A stretch of 64,000 nt of DNA from Roseovarius sp. (lineage in GTDB: Bacteria; Pseudomonadota; Alphaproteobacteria; Rhodobacterales; Rhodobacteraceae), in contig JAPOTF010000066.1 of the NCBI GenBank assembly GCA_026709325.1, positions 4,501-68,500 of the forward strand. Direction: 5' to 3'. Numbering within the stretch: the first letter of the stretch is position 1; the number at the start of each line of letters is the position of its first letter. This document shows positions 19,005 to 30,280 of this stretch, piece after piece. The notes under the pieces were generated by a model that saw nothing but the letters and a program-made list of their open reading frames with translations, ran no database searches and was not told where the DNA came from. A program made the position numbers and the translations under genes.

Positions 19005-19091
19005 ATCACAGATATGTTACCGGTACGCCAATTGTCTTGGAGTTACCTGCAATCTCGCATAATTTAAATTGAAACGCCATGAGGTTTAAAA

Positions 19092-19757
19092 ATGAACATA
19101 CAGCGAAGCATCAAGACCTTGGCAGCGGCCATGCTGCTATTGGCAGGGTTTTCCGTTAATACCGCATCCGCAAGCACGTCCGGAAATTCCGTTGTTACCG
19201 TCGCCGGGGGATGCTTCTGGTGCGTGGAATCCGATTTCGAGTCGGTGGAAGGCGTAAAGGAGGCCATATCCGGCTATGCTGGAGGCACAACCACCAACCC
19301 GACATATAAACAGGTTACAAAAGGCGGGACAGGGCATTATGAAGCCGTTGAAATCCATTTCGACCCGTCAACGGTCACAATTGAAAATCTGTTTTCGCTA
19401 TTTTTTCGATCCATTGACGCTACCGATTCGGGAGGGCAGTTTTGCGACAGGGGCGAAAGCTATCGGACGGCAATTTTCGTAAAGGACAATGCGGAACGCA
19501 TAATTGCGGAAAACGCTAAAAGGGAAGCCGAAGCCGCTTTGGGACGGATGATCGTGACGCCAATCCTCGATGCGGGGGAATTTTACAGGGCGGAGGATTA
19601 TCATCAGGATTATTACAAGGGCAAAAAACTTGTATTGACGCGCTTTGGCCCCAAAAAGCAGTCGGAAGCCTATAAGGCATACCGAAAGGCATGTGGTCGC
19701 GATGACAGAGTCAGGGAATTATGGGGGTCTGAAGCCGCATTTGCCGGCAATCACTGA
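19092..19757 (+). CDS. msrA: Peptide-methionine (S)-S-oxide reductase, exported form
   Basis: Signal peptide MNIQRSIKTLAAAMLLLAGFSVNTASA. Active site VAGGCFWCVESDF, GYAGG..TNPTY, and the HQDYY motif. Confidence 0.92.
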   Translation: MNIQRSIKTLAAAMLLLAGFSVNTASASTSGNSVVTVAGGCFWCVESDFESVEGVKEAISGYAGGTTTNPTYKQVTKGGTGHYEAVEIHFDPSTVTIENLFSLFFRSIDATDSGGQFCDRGESYRTAIFVKDNAERIIAENAKREAEAALGRMIVTPILDAGEFYRAEDYHQDYYKGKKLVLTRFGPKKQSEAYKAYRKACGRDDRVRELWGSEAAFAGNH

Positions 19758-20638
19758 TTCATGAATTCAACAACTTCATCTGCCATTGGAATTGCCTCGG
19801 AAGCTCCCTTGCGGGTTACCTGGATTGCGGCGGCGGCCATTGCTCTGGAAAGGGCGTTCTTTATGGAGAGATTCCCGGAAAGCCCGGCCACAAGATAGCC
19901 CGCGAATGTATCGCCTGCGCCAGTGGTGTCCACCGCTCTGGCTGAAAACGCGGCCACGCTTTCTTTTCTTTGCCTCTTTGTGTCTATCCAGATGCCGCCA
20001 CGCTCTCCTCTCGTGACCATGACATATGGTACCGGAATGTCTTCCAGTGCCATTCCCGAAAAATTTGACATTTGCTCCGCCTCGATTTCATTCATGATCA
20101 GCAAGGTCAGAAAAGGGAAAAGCGACAAGACGGCATCCACGTCGAACGGGGCCGCGGAATAGGCCACGTCCATGCCAATTTTCCTGGCCGAACGGGCCAC
20201 TTCAAGCTGTTTCGTTGTTTCATTCTGCATGAGAAGCCAGTCACCGGGCTTCGCATTGCCAAGTGCGGCCGTCACATTTTCCATGCTCTGATCCCGATTG
20301 GCGCCTGGAAACAGCACGATTTGATTTTCTCCAGATTGCTCAACCATTATTATGGCATGACCCGTAGAGGCGGACGAACTCACCTGAACGTGCTTTGTCC
20401 AGACATTGTTTTTTTCAAGCATGCCAATAAGCCAGTGCCCGTCATTCCCAATCGAGCCTATGTGATGCACCTCGGACCCTGCCCGCGCGGCGGCAATGGA
20501 TTGATTGGCGCCCTTCCCGCCAAGCTTCCTGTCAAGCGATACCGCCGCAAGCGTTTCTCCGGGACGAACCAGATGTGGCACTCGATAGAAATAGTCCACA
20601 TTGATTGAACCAAGGCAATAAACGCGTTTCCGTCTCAA
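19751..20638 (-). CDS. rbsK: Ribokinase (PfkB family)
   Basis: GSINVDY, GGKGANQS and DTTGAGDTFAG motifs. 295 aa. Confidence 0.85.
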   Translation of the reverse strand: MRRKRVYCLGSINVDYFYRVPHLVRPGETLAAVSLDRKLGGKGANQSIAAARAGSEVHHIGSIGNDGHWLIGMLEKNNVWTKHVQVSSSASTGHAIIMVEQSGENQIVLFPGANRDQSMENVTAALGNAKPGDWLLMQNETTKQLEVARSARKIGMDVAYSAAPFDVDAVLSLFPFLTLLIMNEIEAEQMSNFSGMALEDIPVPYVMVTRGERGGIWIDTKRQRKESVAAFSARAVDTTGAGDTFAGYLVAGLSGNLSIKNALSRAMAAAAIQVTRKGASEAIPMADEVVEFMNQ

Positions 20639-20642
20639 TCAC

Positions 20643-22931
20643 TTAACCCACCTTGCAGGCCGCCAGGACGGCCATGTTGAGAATATCGCTGGAAGTGGAG
20701 CTCATGGAGCAAAGCTGTATCCAGTGGTCCGTTCCCGCCAGAATAGGGCCAATAACCGTGGCACCTCCCATTTCCTGCATCAATTTTGTCGATATTGACG
20801 CCGAGTGACGCGCCGGCACAACCAGAATATTTGCAGATCCTGTAAGTCTCTGGAACGGGTAGTTTTTCTGCGATTCGATATTCAACGCCACATCTACAGT
20901 CATTTCCCCCTCGAATTCAAAATCGACATTGCGGGCCTCCAGCACCATTGGCGCCCTGTTCATTTTCACCGCGCGCTCCGATCGCGGATAGCCAAACGTG
21001 GAAAAACTGACAAACGCGACTCTCGGTTCAAGGCCAAGGTGTCGCGCGACATCCGCGCCCCGCTCCGCTATATTCGCAAGTTCCGTTTCATCCGGCCATT
21101 CATGAACCAGAGTGTCGGCCACAAGAACTATGCGCCCCTTGTGCATAAGTACCGTGACGCCGACAGCGCCATGTTCCGCGTCGGCGTCAAAAACGTGATT
21201 TATCAGATTCAATACATGCGCCGATTTTCTGGTGGCCCCCGAAACCAGGCCATCCCCATACCCGTGCGCAAGCATGAGCGATGCGAACACATGCCTGTCT
21301 CTTGCCGCGAGCCTGTGTATATCATGCCGGTCAAAGCCCCTTCGTTGCAGGCGGTTGTATAAAAATTCCTTGTAGGTGTCCAAATGCCGGGTATTGGCGG
21401 CATTCACTATCTCCAGCTCGGATGCCGCATCGCCAAGACCCGCCATTTCAAGTTTGCTTTTCACGTCGTTTTCCCGTCCAACGACAATGGCGGAGCCAAA
21501 TCCCGCGCGCTGATATTGAACGGCGGCACGAAGCACTCTTGGGTCATCCCCCTCGGCAAATATAATTCTGGCCTGCGCATTTCTCGCTCTGGCGCTTATT
21601 GATCGCATAACCGCCGCCGTCGGATCCAATCTGGTTCTCAAGCTCAGTTCATATGCCTCCATGTCAACTATGGCGCGTCGAGCCACGCCGGTATCCATTC
21701 CGGCCTTTGCAACCGCATGGGGTATCTTGTATATCAGCCTCGGATCAAACGGAGCCGGTATGATATAGTCTCGCCCGAAGGCAAGCTTTCTGCCATATGC
21801 CATGTCAACTTCATCCGGCACATCCTCGCGGGCAAGCATGGCCAATGCATTCGCGCACGCTATTTTCATCTCGTTGTTGATTGCCCGCGCATGAATATCC
21901 AGCGCACCTCTGAACAAATACGGAAATCCCAAAACATTGTTTACCTGATTTGGATAATCCGACCTTCCGGTAGCCACTATTGCATCACTTCGAACGGCTT
22001 GCGCGTCCTCCGGGGTTATTTCGGGATCGGGATTTGCCATGGCAAATATGACCGGATTTTCCGCCATTGAAGCCACCATTTCCCGCGTCACCGCCCCTTT
22101 GACCGATACGCCAAGAAACACGTCGGCATCAACCATTGCCTCCTCCAGATGACGCAGGTCCGTCTTCACCGCATGGGCGGATTTCCACTGGTTCATGCCC
22201 CTGGTGCGGCCCTGATAAATCACTCCATTGGTATCGCAGGCAATGCAGTTTTCGTGGCGCGCCCCCATGGATTTCAGCAACTCCAGACTGGCTATGCCGG
22301 CGGCTCCGGCTCCGTTAAGCACAATTTTCACATCCTCTATTTTCTTGCTCGACAGATAAAGAGCGTTAATCAGACCGGCGGCACATATCACGGCCGTGCC
22401 GTGCTGATCATCGTGAAACACGGGTATGTCCATGACCTCCTTGAGCATTTGCTCGATCATGAAACACTCCGGAGCCTTTATGTCCTCAAGATTTATTCCG
22501 CCGAATGTAGGTCCCATAAGCTTTACCGCCTGCACGAAAGCCTCGGCATCTTCCGTATCCAGCTCTATGTCGATTGAGTTGACGTCGGCGAATCTCTTGA
22601 ACAGAACCGCTTTTCCCTCCATGACCGGCTTGGCTCCAATTGCGCCCAGATTGCCCAATCCAAGTACGGCCGTGCCATTTGATATCACGGCAACAAGATT
22701 TCCCTTGTTGGTATAATCATATGCCGTTTCCGGATTTCTTGCGATCTCCTCGCACGGGGCGGCAACTCCCGGAGAATAGGCCAGAGACAGATCCCTTTGC
22801 GTCATCATTGGCACGGTTGCATTCACCTCGAATTTTCCAGGTGTGGGATGAAGGTGAAACGCAAGGGCCTCTTCGCGTGTATATTTTAACCTGGTCATTT
22901 TTGTTCCATAGTGGATATTCGCCATATTCAT
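20643..22931 (-). CDS. maeB: NADP-dependent malic enzyme with C-terminal phosphotransacetylase-like domain
   Basis: DLSLAYSPGVA, FHDDQHGTA and VLNGAGAAG, with a long PTA-like C-terminal half. Start candidates are 22931, 22925 and 22898; the 23009 start in the track looks like an extension. Confidence 0.9.
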   Translation of the reverse strand: MNMANIHYGTKMTRLKYTREEALAFHLHPTPGKFEVNATVPMMTQRDLSLAYSPGVAAPCEEIARNPETAYDYTNKGNLVAVISNGTAVLGLGNLGAIGAKPVMEGKAVLFKRFADVNSIDIELDTEDAEAFVQAVKLMGPTFGGINLEDIKAPECFMIEQMLKEVMDIPVFHDDQHGTAVICAAGLINALYLSSKKIEDVKIVLNGAGAAGIASLELLKSMGARHENCIACDTNGVIYQGRTRGMNQWKSAHAVKTDLRHLEEAMVDADVFLGVSVKGAVTREMVASMAENPVIFAMANPDPEITPEDAQAVRSDAIVATGRSDYPNQVNNVLGFPYLFRGALDIHARAINNEMKIACANALAMLAREDVPDEVDMAYGRKLAFGRDYIIPAPFDPRLIYKIPHAVAKAGMDTGVARRAIVDMEAYELSLRTRLDPTAAVMRSISARARNAQARIIFAEGDDPRVLRAAVQYQRAGFGSAIVVGRENDVKSKLEMAGLGDAASELEIVNAANTRHLDTYKEFLYNRLQRRGFDRHDIHRLAARDRHVFASLMLAHGYGDGLVSGATRKSAHVLNLINHVFDADAEHGAVGVTVLMHKGRIVLVADTLVHEWPDETELANIAERGADVARHLGLEPRVAFVSFSTFGYPRSERAVKMNRAPMVLEARNVDFEFEGEMTVDVALNIESQKNYPFQRLTGSANILVVPARHSASISTKLMQEMGGATVIGPILAGTDHWIQLCSMSSTSSDILNMAVLAACKVG

Positions 22932-23101
22932 TGAATAAACGGGCTTTGCGGTTCCCGCAACATCGGCATTGCCTTGGATTGTCGGGCATATGCGCGATGC
23001 GCTTCGCATATGCTCGCAAAAATCCGGGTAAACCTCGGGAAATGCGGAGCCATCTCGATTTCGCGGGCCGGTCTTTTCCCGGAGATTTGCAAAAACCGCA
23101 G

Positions 23102-23119
23102 GGGGTCGGGTCCGACCCC
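23102..23119. other. GC palindrome in the maeB/mutS divergent intergenic region
   Basis: GGGGTCGG gt CCGACCCC, read directly. Confidence 0.6.
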
Positions 23120-23256
23120 GCCATGGCGGTCACGCGAAACGCCGCGGCATCACGGTCATTCACTTCATCCGAATCCGGTCCCCCTGCTAATTATCCTTGT
23201 TTTACTGACATTGCATTTACAGTAAAAACAGTTTCAAAATTCCGGAGTCAAAAGTG

Positions 23257-25941
23257 ATGTCAGGCAAATCTTCCACATCGCCAATGATGGAGCAATATCA
23301 TCAGATAAAGGCAAATCATTCCGATGCCCTGCTGTTTTATCGTATGGGTGACTTTTACGAGCTTTTCTTCAATGACGCGATTTTGGCCTCCGAGGCACTT
23401 GATATTTCTCTTACCAGGCGCGGGAAGAGCAAGGGAACGGACATTCCCATGTGTGGCGTGCCTGTACATTCAGCCGAGGGATATCTTCACTCTCTGATAA
23501 AAAAGGGATTCCGAGTCGCCGTCTGCGAACAGATGGAAGATCCGGCGGAAACTCGAAAAAGAGGATCCAGGGCTGTGGTCAAGCGTGAAGTTGTAAGGCT
23601 TATCACGCCCGGAACAATTACAGAGGAGGGCCTGCTTGATGCCCGGCGGCACAATTTTCTCGCCGCCTTGTCCAATGTCAGGGGTGAACATGCGCTCGCG
23701 TGGGCCGACATTTCCACCGGCCTTTTCAACGTTTCTCCGATCCATTTTGTTCAGCTTGGTCCGGAACTGTCGCGCCTTCTTCCAAGCGAGCTATTGGTTG
23801 CGGAAGGTTTTGACGAAGGTCTGGAAAGACTGGCCTCCGAATTTGAGTGCTCTCTCACACCTCTGGGGGCGGCTTCGTTCGACTCCACCAACGGCCTGGA
23901 TCGGCTTTGCAACCTTTTCGAAGTTTCCACGCTGGACGCATTCGGAGAGTTTGGAAGGCCGGAAATTGCCGCTATGGGGGCAATTGTGGATTATCTTGAG
24001 ATCACGCAGAAAGGCAGCCTTCCCATCCTGCGGCCGCCAAAACTGGAATTTCAATCCAGATCCATGCAGATTGATGCCGCGACCCGTCGAAACATGGAAT
24101 TGACCTTTTCTCTCTTCGGGGGCCGAAAGGGTTCGCTTCTGTCGGTTATGGACAGAACGGTAACCGCCGCCGGTGGACGTTTGCTTGAACGCCGATTGTC
24201 CAGCCCGGTCACGGACTGCGATATCATACGCAAACGTCTTGACGCGGTGCAACACATGGAGGAGAGGCCGGATTTCTGCAGGGCTCTCAGGAGGGCGTTG
24301 CGCAAGGTTCCCGATATGGACAGGGCTCTTTCCCGCCTTGCGATTGAGCGTGGCGGTCCAAGAGATCTCGCATCAATCCGAAACGGCCTCATTCAGTCGA
24401 TTGAGATATCATCCATTGCAGATGCCCTTTTGCTTCCGGAAATTCTTGAAACTTCCTTTTCCAGGCTAAAAGGTCATGACGAGTTGCTTGAGACCCTTGG
24501 CAATGCGATTGTTCATGAACCGCCTCTGTACATTCGAGATGGCGGGTTCATAGCGGATGGCTATAACGGCGAACTCGACGAAACGCGGCTTCTCAGGGAC
24601 GAAGGTCGCGGGGTTGTCGCCAGCCTGCAGAGCGAATACCGGAAATTGACCGGCATCCAGAGCCTTAAGATAAAGCACAACAATGTGCTGGGATATTTTG
24701 TCGATGTCACCAGCACCCATGCGGAAAAGATGCTGTCCGAACCATTGAGCGAAACCTTTCGGCACCGTCAGACAACGGCAAACCAGTTGAGATTTACAAC
24801 AGTTCGCTTAAGCGAAATGGAAACCAGAATACTAAACGCCGGAAGGCAGGCAATAGAAACGGAAAAGAGGCTTTTCGAATATCTCAAGGCGGCGGTTCTT
24901 GAATGGGCGCTGAAACTGGCTCCGCTGGCGGAGGCGCTGGCCGAACTTGATCTTTGCTCTTCACTGGCCGAACTTGCAAGATCCGAATCATGGTGCAGAC
25001 CAAATGTCGATGAAAGCCGCTCGCTATTGATTTCCGGCGCAAGGCATCCCGTTGTCGAGCACTCCCTTAAATCTCAATCGGAACGTCCGTTCATAGAGAA
25101 CGACTGCGAACTGGGCGACGGCTGCGACATATGGCTGCTTACAGGACCAAACATGGCGGGAAAGTCGACTTTTCTGAGACAGAACGCCATTATCGCCATC
25201 CTTGCCCAGATGGGAAGCTATGTACCCGCCAGAACCGCCCGCATCGGCATTGTCAGTCAGCTATTCAGCCGCGTGGGCGCATCCGATGATCTCGCCCGCG
25301 GCCGATCGACTTTCATGGTCGAAATGGTGGAAACCGCAATGATATTAAATCAGGCGGATCGTCAGGCTCTTGTCATTCTTGACGAGATCGGACGCGGTAC
25401 CGCAACCTATGACGGTCTTTCCATAGCCTGGGCAACACTTGAACATCTTCATGAGGTCAATGGATGCCGCGCCCTGTTCGCCACGCACTACCATGAACTC
25501 ACGAATCTCAGCGACAGGCTGGAAAGGTCTGCAAACGCCACGGTTGCGGTAAGGGAGCACAGGGGCGAAATCATATTTCTGCACTCCGTCAGAAAGGGAG
25601 CCGCGGACAGAAGCTATGGCGTTCAAGTTGCCAAACTGGCCGGATTGCCCGATTCTGTCATCAAAAGAGCGAAAGTTGTTCTCGAGGCTCTGGAAAAAGG
25701 CGAGCGTGAAGGTGGAAACCGCGAGGCTTTAATTGATGACCTGCCGCTGTTTTCAATCGCGGCAAAGGATTCGCCCTCGATGATTGCTCAAGAAGACTCG
25801 AAACTGCACAGGCGCCTGGCCGAAGTGCTGCCGGATGAAATGACGCCGCGGCAGGCCCTGGATTTGATTTACGAACTCAAACGTCTTTCAAGAGAAGCCG
25901 AAAGCCGAATTGAACCGGCAGGGCCTTCAGGATGTGCTTGA
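23257..25941 (+). CDS. mutS: DNA mismatch repair protein MutS
   Basis: TPMMEQYHQIK, FYRMGDFYELFF, Walker A GPNMAGKST and DEIGRGT. Confidence 0.97.
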   Translation: MSGKSSTSPMMEQYHQIKANHSDALLFYRMGDFYELFFNDAILASEALDISLTRRGKSKGTDIPMCGVPVHSAEGYLHSLIKKGFRVAVCEQMEDPAETRKRGSRAVVKREVVRLITPGTITEEGLLDARRHNFLAALSNVRGEHALAWADISTGLFNVSPIHFVQLGPELSRLLPSELLVAEGFDEGLERLASEFECSLTPLGAASFDSTNGLDRLCNLFEVSTLDAFGEFGRPEIAAMGAIVDYLEITQKGSLPILRPPKLEFQSRSMQIDAATRRNMELTFSLFGGRKGSLLSVMDRTVTAAGGRLLERRLSSPVTDCDIIRKRLDAVQHMEERPDFCRALRRALRKVPDMDRALSRLAIERGGPRDLASIRNGLIQSIEISSIADALLLPEILETSFSRLKGHDELLETLGNAIVHEPPLYIRDGGFIADGYNGELDETRLLRDEGRGVVASLQSEYRKLTGIQSLKIKHNNVLGYFVDVTSTHAEKMLSEPLSETFRHRQTTANQLRFTTVRLSEMETRILNAGRQAIETEKRLFEYLKAAVLEWALKLAPLAEALAELDLCSSLAELARSESWCRPNVDESRSLLISGARHPVVEHSLKSQSERPFIENDCELGDGCDIWLLTGPNMAGKSTFLRQNAIIAILAQMGSYVPARTARIGIVSQLFSRVGASDDLARGRSTFMVEMVETAMILNQADRQALVILDEIGRGTATYDGLSIAWATLEHLHEVNGCRALFATHYHELTNLSDRLERSANATVAVREHRGEIIFLHSVRKGAADRSYGVQVAKLAGLPDSVIKRAKVVLEALEKGEREGGNREALIDDLPLFSIAAKDSPSMIAQEDSKLHRRLAEVLPDEMTPRQALDLIYELKRLSREAESRIEPAGPSGCA

Positions 25942-26601
25942 CGAAACGCCCACCTGCGCCGGGCGCAAAATTCGATCATGCAACATGAAACCCTGAGCCG
26001 AAACCTGTATAATCTCTCCGGATTTGGTATCTGGCACTGGAGCCTCAAACATTGCCTCATGCTTCTGCGGATCAAACTTGTCGCCAATTTTCGGATCAAT
26101 CATTCGGATTCCGTGTTTGCCGAACACATTCAGCAGTTCGCGCATTGTAAGCTCAATGCCTTCAATAAGTGGGGCGGCCACCTCCTTTTGTTCGTCTGTA
26201 ACAGATTCGACTGCGCGTTTCATGTTGTCAAATACCGGAAGCAAATCACGGGAAAGCCTTGATCCTCCATAGTTTTCCGCCTCGGCCCTGTCTTTTCTGG
26301 CGCGTTTCCGAGCGTTTTCCGCGTCCGCAAGCGCGCGCATGAACTTGTCTTGAAGACCGTCGCGCTCCGCCCGCAACCGTCCAAGTTCATCAACCTCTTC
26401 GACGGCTTCGCCGGCATCTTCATCACCCGTCCGCTCCAGTGTTTCCTCTTCCGCCGGATCAGCTTGTTCGACCTCTGACGCCCGCATGTTTACATCCGCG
26501 GCCTCGCATGATTTTTTTTCAGTTCGCCTTTGATCCTCTGCATTGGACAGTTCATCCATGTCCGTCGCTTCCTTTTCAGTTTTTGTCTTTTCCTTCGCCA
26601 T
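25927..26601 (-). CDS. grpE: Nucleotide exchange factor GrpE
   Basis: Acidic N-terminus, LQDKFMRALADAENARKR, FDP..HEA and the C-terminal GF.L.DR.LRPA..VGV pattern. Start trimmed to MAKEKTK to clear the hrcA stop. Confidence 0.92.
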   Translation of the reverse strand: MAKEKTKTEKEATDMDELSNAEDQRRTEKKSCEAADVNMRASEVEQADPAEEETLERTGDEDAGEAVEEVDELGRLRAERDGLQDKFMRALADAENARKRARKDRAEAENYGGSRLSRDLLPVFDNMKRAVESVTDEQKEVAAPLIEGIELTMRELLNVFGKHGIRMIDPKIGDKFDPQKHEAMFEAPVPDTKSGEIIQVSAQGFMLHDRILRPAQVGVSSSTS

Positions 26602-26611
26602 TGCCAACCTC

Positions 26612-27676
26612 TCAACCTCTATCGGCAATCAGCTTTCCGACAAGCTGCGCCGTGTAGTCCACAATTGGAACAATTCGCCCGTAGTTTAGTCGTGTCGGGC
26701 CAATAACCCCCACCGCGCCGATTATTTTTTTTTCAGCGTTTATATAGGGGGAAACCACCAGAGATGAACCCGTTAGAGAAAAAAGTTTGTTTTCGGAACC
26801 GATAAATATGCGCACGCCCTCGCCTGAATCGGTTAATTCCAGAAATTCCGCTATATCGCGTTTCAGTTCCAGATCGTCAAACAACACCTTTATCCGCTCA
26901 AGCTCCTCTTCTTCGACTTCCGCGTTGATCAAATTGGCCCGTCCTCTCACAATCAGCCTTTCGAAATGATCTGTATCCTGATCCCATACCGCCATGCCGC
27001 TTTCAACCATTTGGCGGGTAAGTTCATCGATTTCCCGCCGGTGCCGCTCAATTTGACTGTTGATTGTGGAGCGCAATTCCGCGAGCGTGCCTCCTTTAAC
27101 CATTGAGTTCACGAAATTTGCCGCCTCGCGCAACGAGCTGGGCGTGGTTCCTATCGGCGGTTGGAATATTCTATTCTCAACATGCCCGTCGCCAAACACC
27201 AGAACAACAAGCGCCCTGTCATGGGCCAGACTGACAAATTCAATGTGCTTGACCGGCGCGTCATGCTTTGGCATCAGAACAAGTGACGCGCTTTGCGTCA
27301 CATCCGACAGCGCCGATCCAATTTTATCGAGAACGCCGGACACATCGGTCGATTCCGATCCCAACGTCGCGTCAATCATGTCCCTGTCGGAATTTTTCAG
27401 GTCGCCCATTTCAAGCAGACCGTCAACGAACATTCGAAGCCCCTGCTGCGTGGGAATGCGACCGGCGGAAATATGGGGGCTGTCCAGCAACCCCAAATGC
27501 TCGAGATCCTGCATTACATTTCGAATTGTGGCCGCGCTTATTTTTTCGCTCATGTCTCGCGAAAGAGACCGCGACCCCACAGGGCCGCCAAATTCAAGAT
27601 AGGTTTCCACCACTCTGCGAAAAACCTCCTTGGACCTGTTGTCCAGCTTGTCAAACACGTTTGATGCATCGTTCAT
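26612..27676 (-). CDS. hrcA: Heat-inducible transcription repressor HrcA
   Basis: [29 protein letters not shown] ... [16 protein letters not shown], and the C-terminal [22 protein letters not shown]. Confidence 0.92.
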   Translation of the reverse strand: MNDASNVFDKLDNRSKEVFRRVVETYLEFGGPVGSRSLSRDMSEKISAATIRNVMQDLEHLGLLDSPHISAGRIPTQQGLRMFVDGLLEMGDLKNSDRDMIDATLGSESTDVSGVLDKIGSALSDVTQSASLVLMPKHDAPVKHIEFVSLAHDRALVVLVFGDGHVENRIFQPPIGTTPSSLREAANFVNSMVKGGTLAELRSTINSQIERHRREIDELTRQMVESGMAVWDQDTDHFERLIVRGRANLINAEVEEEELERIKVLFDDLELKRDIAEFLELTDSGEGVRIFIGSENKLFSLTGSSLVVSPYINAEKKIIGAVGVIGPTRLNYGRIVPIVDYTAQLVGKLIADRG

Positions 27677-27794
27677 AATGGTTTCCCCGCAATCAAACCG
27701 CCTTTTAAATTGCGCGGGTTGCAAAGGTCAATCGGGGTTGCCAACATCGTCCCAAAAATTATATGCGACTATTGCAAAACACAGGAGTCATGGC

Positions 27795-28511
27795 ATGCGT
27801 CCCTCCGGAAGAAAACTCGATGAACTGCGCCCTTTTTCGATAGAGCCGAATGTGAACAGGCATGCCGAAGGTTCATGCATGATCAGACTCGGCGATACGC
27901 AAGTAATATGCACGGCCACGGTGGGGGAAAGAGTGCCGCCATTTATAAGAGGAACCGGGCTTGGCTGGGTGTCGGCCGAATATGGGATGCTGCCAAGGTC
28001 CACAAACATCCGCATGAGACGGGAGTCCTCCGCCGGAAAACAGGCGGGAAGAACCGTGGAGATTCAGCGATTGATTGGAAGAAGCCTCAGGGCAAGCCTT
28101 GACCGCGTCTCGCTGGGCGAACGACAGATCACGGTTGATTGCGATGTCATTCAGGCGGATGGCGGTACACGCTGCGCCTCCATCACGGGCGGCTGGGTTG
28201 CCTTGCGATTAGCCGTCAACAAACTGATAAGGGCCGGTGAATTGTCCTCCGATCCATTGTCGAAACCCGTGGCGGCGATAAGTTGCGGCATCTATGCCGG
28301 ACAACTGGTCCTTGATCTGGACTACGCCGAAGACAGCGATGCGGGAATGGACGGCAACTTTGTGATGACGGGAGACGGGCAGCTGATTGAGGTGCAAATG
28401 AGCGCCGAGGGTCAGACATTCAGCCGCCAGCAAATGGACCGGCTGATCGACATTGCCGGCGAGGGAATCGCAAAAATTGCCGATATGCAAATGGCGTCGG
28501 CAAATGCGTAA
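27795..28511 (+). CDS. rph: Ribonuclease PH
   Basis: [13 protein letters not shown]..., [18 protein letters not shown], and [14 protein letters not shown]. Confidence 0.95.
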   Translation: MRPSGRKLDELRPFSIEPNVNRHAEGSCMIRLGDTQVICTATVGERVPPFIRGTGLGWVSAEYGMLPRSTNIRMRRESSAGKQAGRTVEIQRLIGRSLRASLDRVSLGERQITVDCDVIQADGGTRCASITGGWVALRLAVNKLIRAGELSSDPLSKPVAAISCGIYAGQLVLDLDYAEDSDAGMDGNFVMTGDGQLIEVQMSAEGQTFSRQQMDRLIDIAGEGIAKIADMQMASANA

Positions 28512-29112
28512 ATTTACCGGCGGCACGATTCTTGTGGCAACGCACAATCCGGGAAAACTGGAAGAAATGGAAAGCCTGCTCAATCCATATGACATAGTCG
28601 TGAGGGGCGCCGCCGATTTTAACCTGCCCGAACCCGAAGAATATGAAGACACTTTTGCCGGAAACGCGCGAATAAAGGCTCGCTGCGCCATGGAGGCGAC
28701 CGGCCTGCCAGCGCTTGCAGATGACAGCGGCGTCGAAATCGACGCGCTTGGAGGCGCCCCCGGCGTTCATACCGCCGACTGGGCCGAGACCGAAAACGGC
28801 CGAGATTTCATCATGGCGATGAAAAACACCCGCGGGCTTCTCGTTCAAAGCGCGACGCCCGAGCCATGGACCGCAAGATTTTGCTGCGCTCTCGTGCTGG
28901 CATGGCCCGACGGGCACGATGAGGTTTTCTCGGGAAATGTTGAGGGAAAAATTGTCTGGCCAATGCGCGGGGAGCAAGGTCACGGGTATGACCCGGTGTT
29001 TCAGCCAGATGGATACAACATGACTTTTGGCGAAATGGATCCCGGGGAGAAAAACAGGATCAGCCACCGGGCGGTTGCTTTTTCAAAAATGGTAAACCGC
29101 TGTTTTGTCTGA
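28504..29112 (+). CDS. rdgB: Non-canonical purine NTP pyrophosphatase (RdgB/HAM1)
   Basis: [31 protein letters not shown], and GYDPVF. The start overlaps the rph stop by 8 nt. Confidence 0.9.
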   Translation: MRKFTGGTILVATHNPGKLEEMESLLNPYDIVVRGAADFNLPEPEEYEDTFAGNARIKARCAMEATGLPALADDSGVEIDALGGAPGVHTADWAETENGRDFIMAMKNTRGLLVQSATPEPWTARFCCALVLAWPDGHDEVFSGNVEGKIVWPMRGEQGHGYDPVFQPDGYNMTFGEMDPGEKNRISHRAVAFSKMVNRCFV

Positions 29113-30280
29113 TATTTATGCTTCAAACGGGATTGGTCTTTATGTTCATTGGCCATTTTGCGAGGCAAAGTGTCCATATTGCGATTTTAACAGTCATGTG
29201 CGTTCGCAAATAAGCCAGCGGCGATGGTTGAAAGCCTATTTGTCGGAAATCGACCGTCTTGCATATCAGATGCCCAAACGTGTTTTGAATACCGTTTTTT
29301 TTGGCGGTGGCACGCCAAGTCTCATGGATCCGGATATTGTCGGCTCCATTATTGAACATGCAAAGGGAAAGTGGACAACCGCGGACAATATCGAAGTGAC
29401 GCTGGAGGCAAATCCCGGATCTGTAGAGGCGGGAAGGTTCTCCGCCTATGCAAGTGACGGCGTAAATCGCATATCACTTGGCATACAGGCATTGAGGGAT
29501 GCCGACCTGCGGCGTCTGGGGCGCATTCATTCAGTGGAGGATTCCTTTCTTGCAATCGGCATGGCCAAGAAATTCTTCGGGCGAATTAATCTGGACTTCA
29601 TATATGCGCGTCAAAACCAGTCCACTGAAGAGTGGCGCAGGGAACTTGGGGAAATCGTTTCCATCGGTACCGACCATTTATCGCTATACCAGCTTACCAT
29701 TGAGCCAGGTACACCATTCTGGAAGCGCCATCAAATCGGAAAACTCGAAAATCTTCCAAATGACGATCAGGGCGCGACAATGTTCGATGTCACGCGGGAA
29801 CTGTGCGATTCCGCGGGTTACTCGGCCTATGAGATCTCAAATCATGCGATGCCCGAATCGGAATGCCGGCACAATCTAGTTTACTGGCGGTATCTCGACT
29901 ATATTGGAATAGGGCCCGGCGCCCACGGCCGCATAACTCTTGACGGCAATCGCTATGGGACTGAAAGCCATTCCATGCCGGAAAAGTGGCTGCGGCAGGT
30001 AGAGGCGGGAAGCGGGTATTCGCGCGTTGACAAATTGTCTTCCTCTGAACAGGCATGCGAGTATCTGCTAATGACGATGCGAACCGCAAGCGGTGCCGAT
30101 CTTGAGAAATACGCGGGCTTGTCGGGAGAGCGCATATCATTGAGTACATTGAAGAATTTAAGAGAATTGGATCTAATTGACATAAAGGGAAACCGTGTTT
30201 TCGCAACGCGTAAGGGACAGCTTGTGTTAAATTCCGTCATCCTTGAACTCCTAAAGAAAAACAATGGCGCCGCAATGTGA
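29105..30280 (+). CDS. hemW: Radical SAM heme chaperone HemW (HemN-like)
   Basis: LYVHWPFCEAKCPYCDFNS CxxxCxxC motif, FFGGGTPS, and SLYQLTIEPGT. TTG start. Confidence 0.9.
   Translation: MSDIYASNGIGLYVHWPFCEAKCPYCDFNSHVRSQISQRRWLKAYLSEIDRLAYQMPKRVLNTVFFGGGTPSLMDPDIVGSIIEHAKGKWTTADNIEVTLEANPGSVEAGRFSAYASDGVNRISLGIQALRDADLRRLGRIHSVEDSFLAIGMAKKFFGRINLDFIYARQNQSTEEWRRELGEIVSIGTDHLSLYQLTIEPGTPFWKRHQIGKLENLPNDDQGATMFDVTRELCDSAGYSAYEISNHAMPESECRHNLVYWRYLDYIGIGPGAHGRITLDGNRYGTESHSMPEKWLRQVEAGSGYSRVDKLSSSEQACEYLLMTMRTASGADLEKYAGLSGERISLSTLKNLRELDLIDIKGNRVFATRKGQLVLNSVILELLKKNNGAAM

Noticed and set aside
27677-27794. I looked for a CIRCE operator (TTAGCACTC-N9-GAGTGCTAA) upstream of hrcA-grpE.
   Set aside because: No match by eye in the hrcA/rph divergent spacer, and no convincing sigma-32-type promoter either, so no regulatory site is called.
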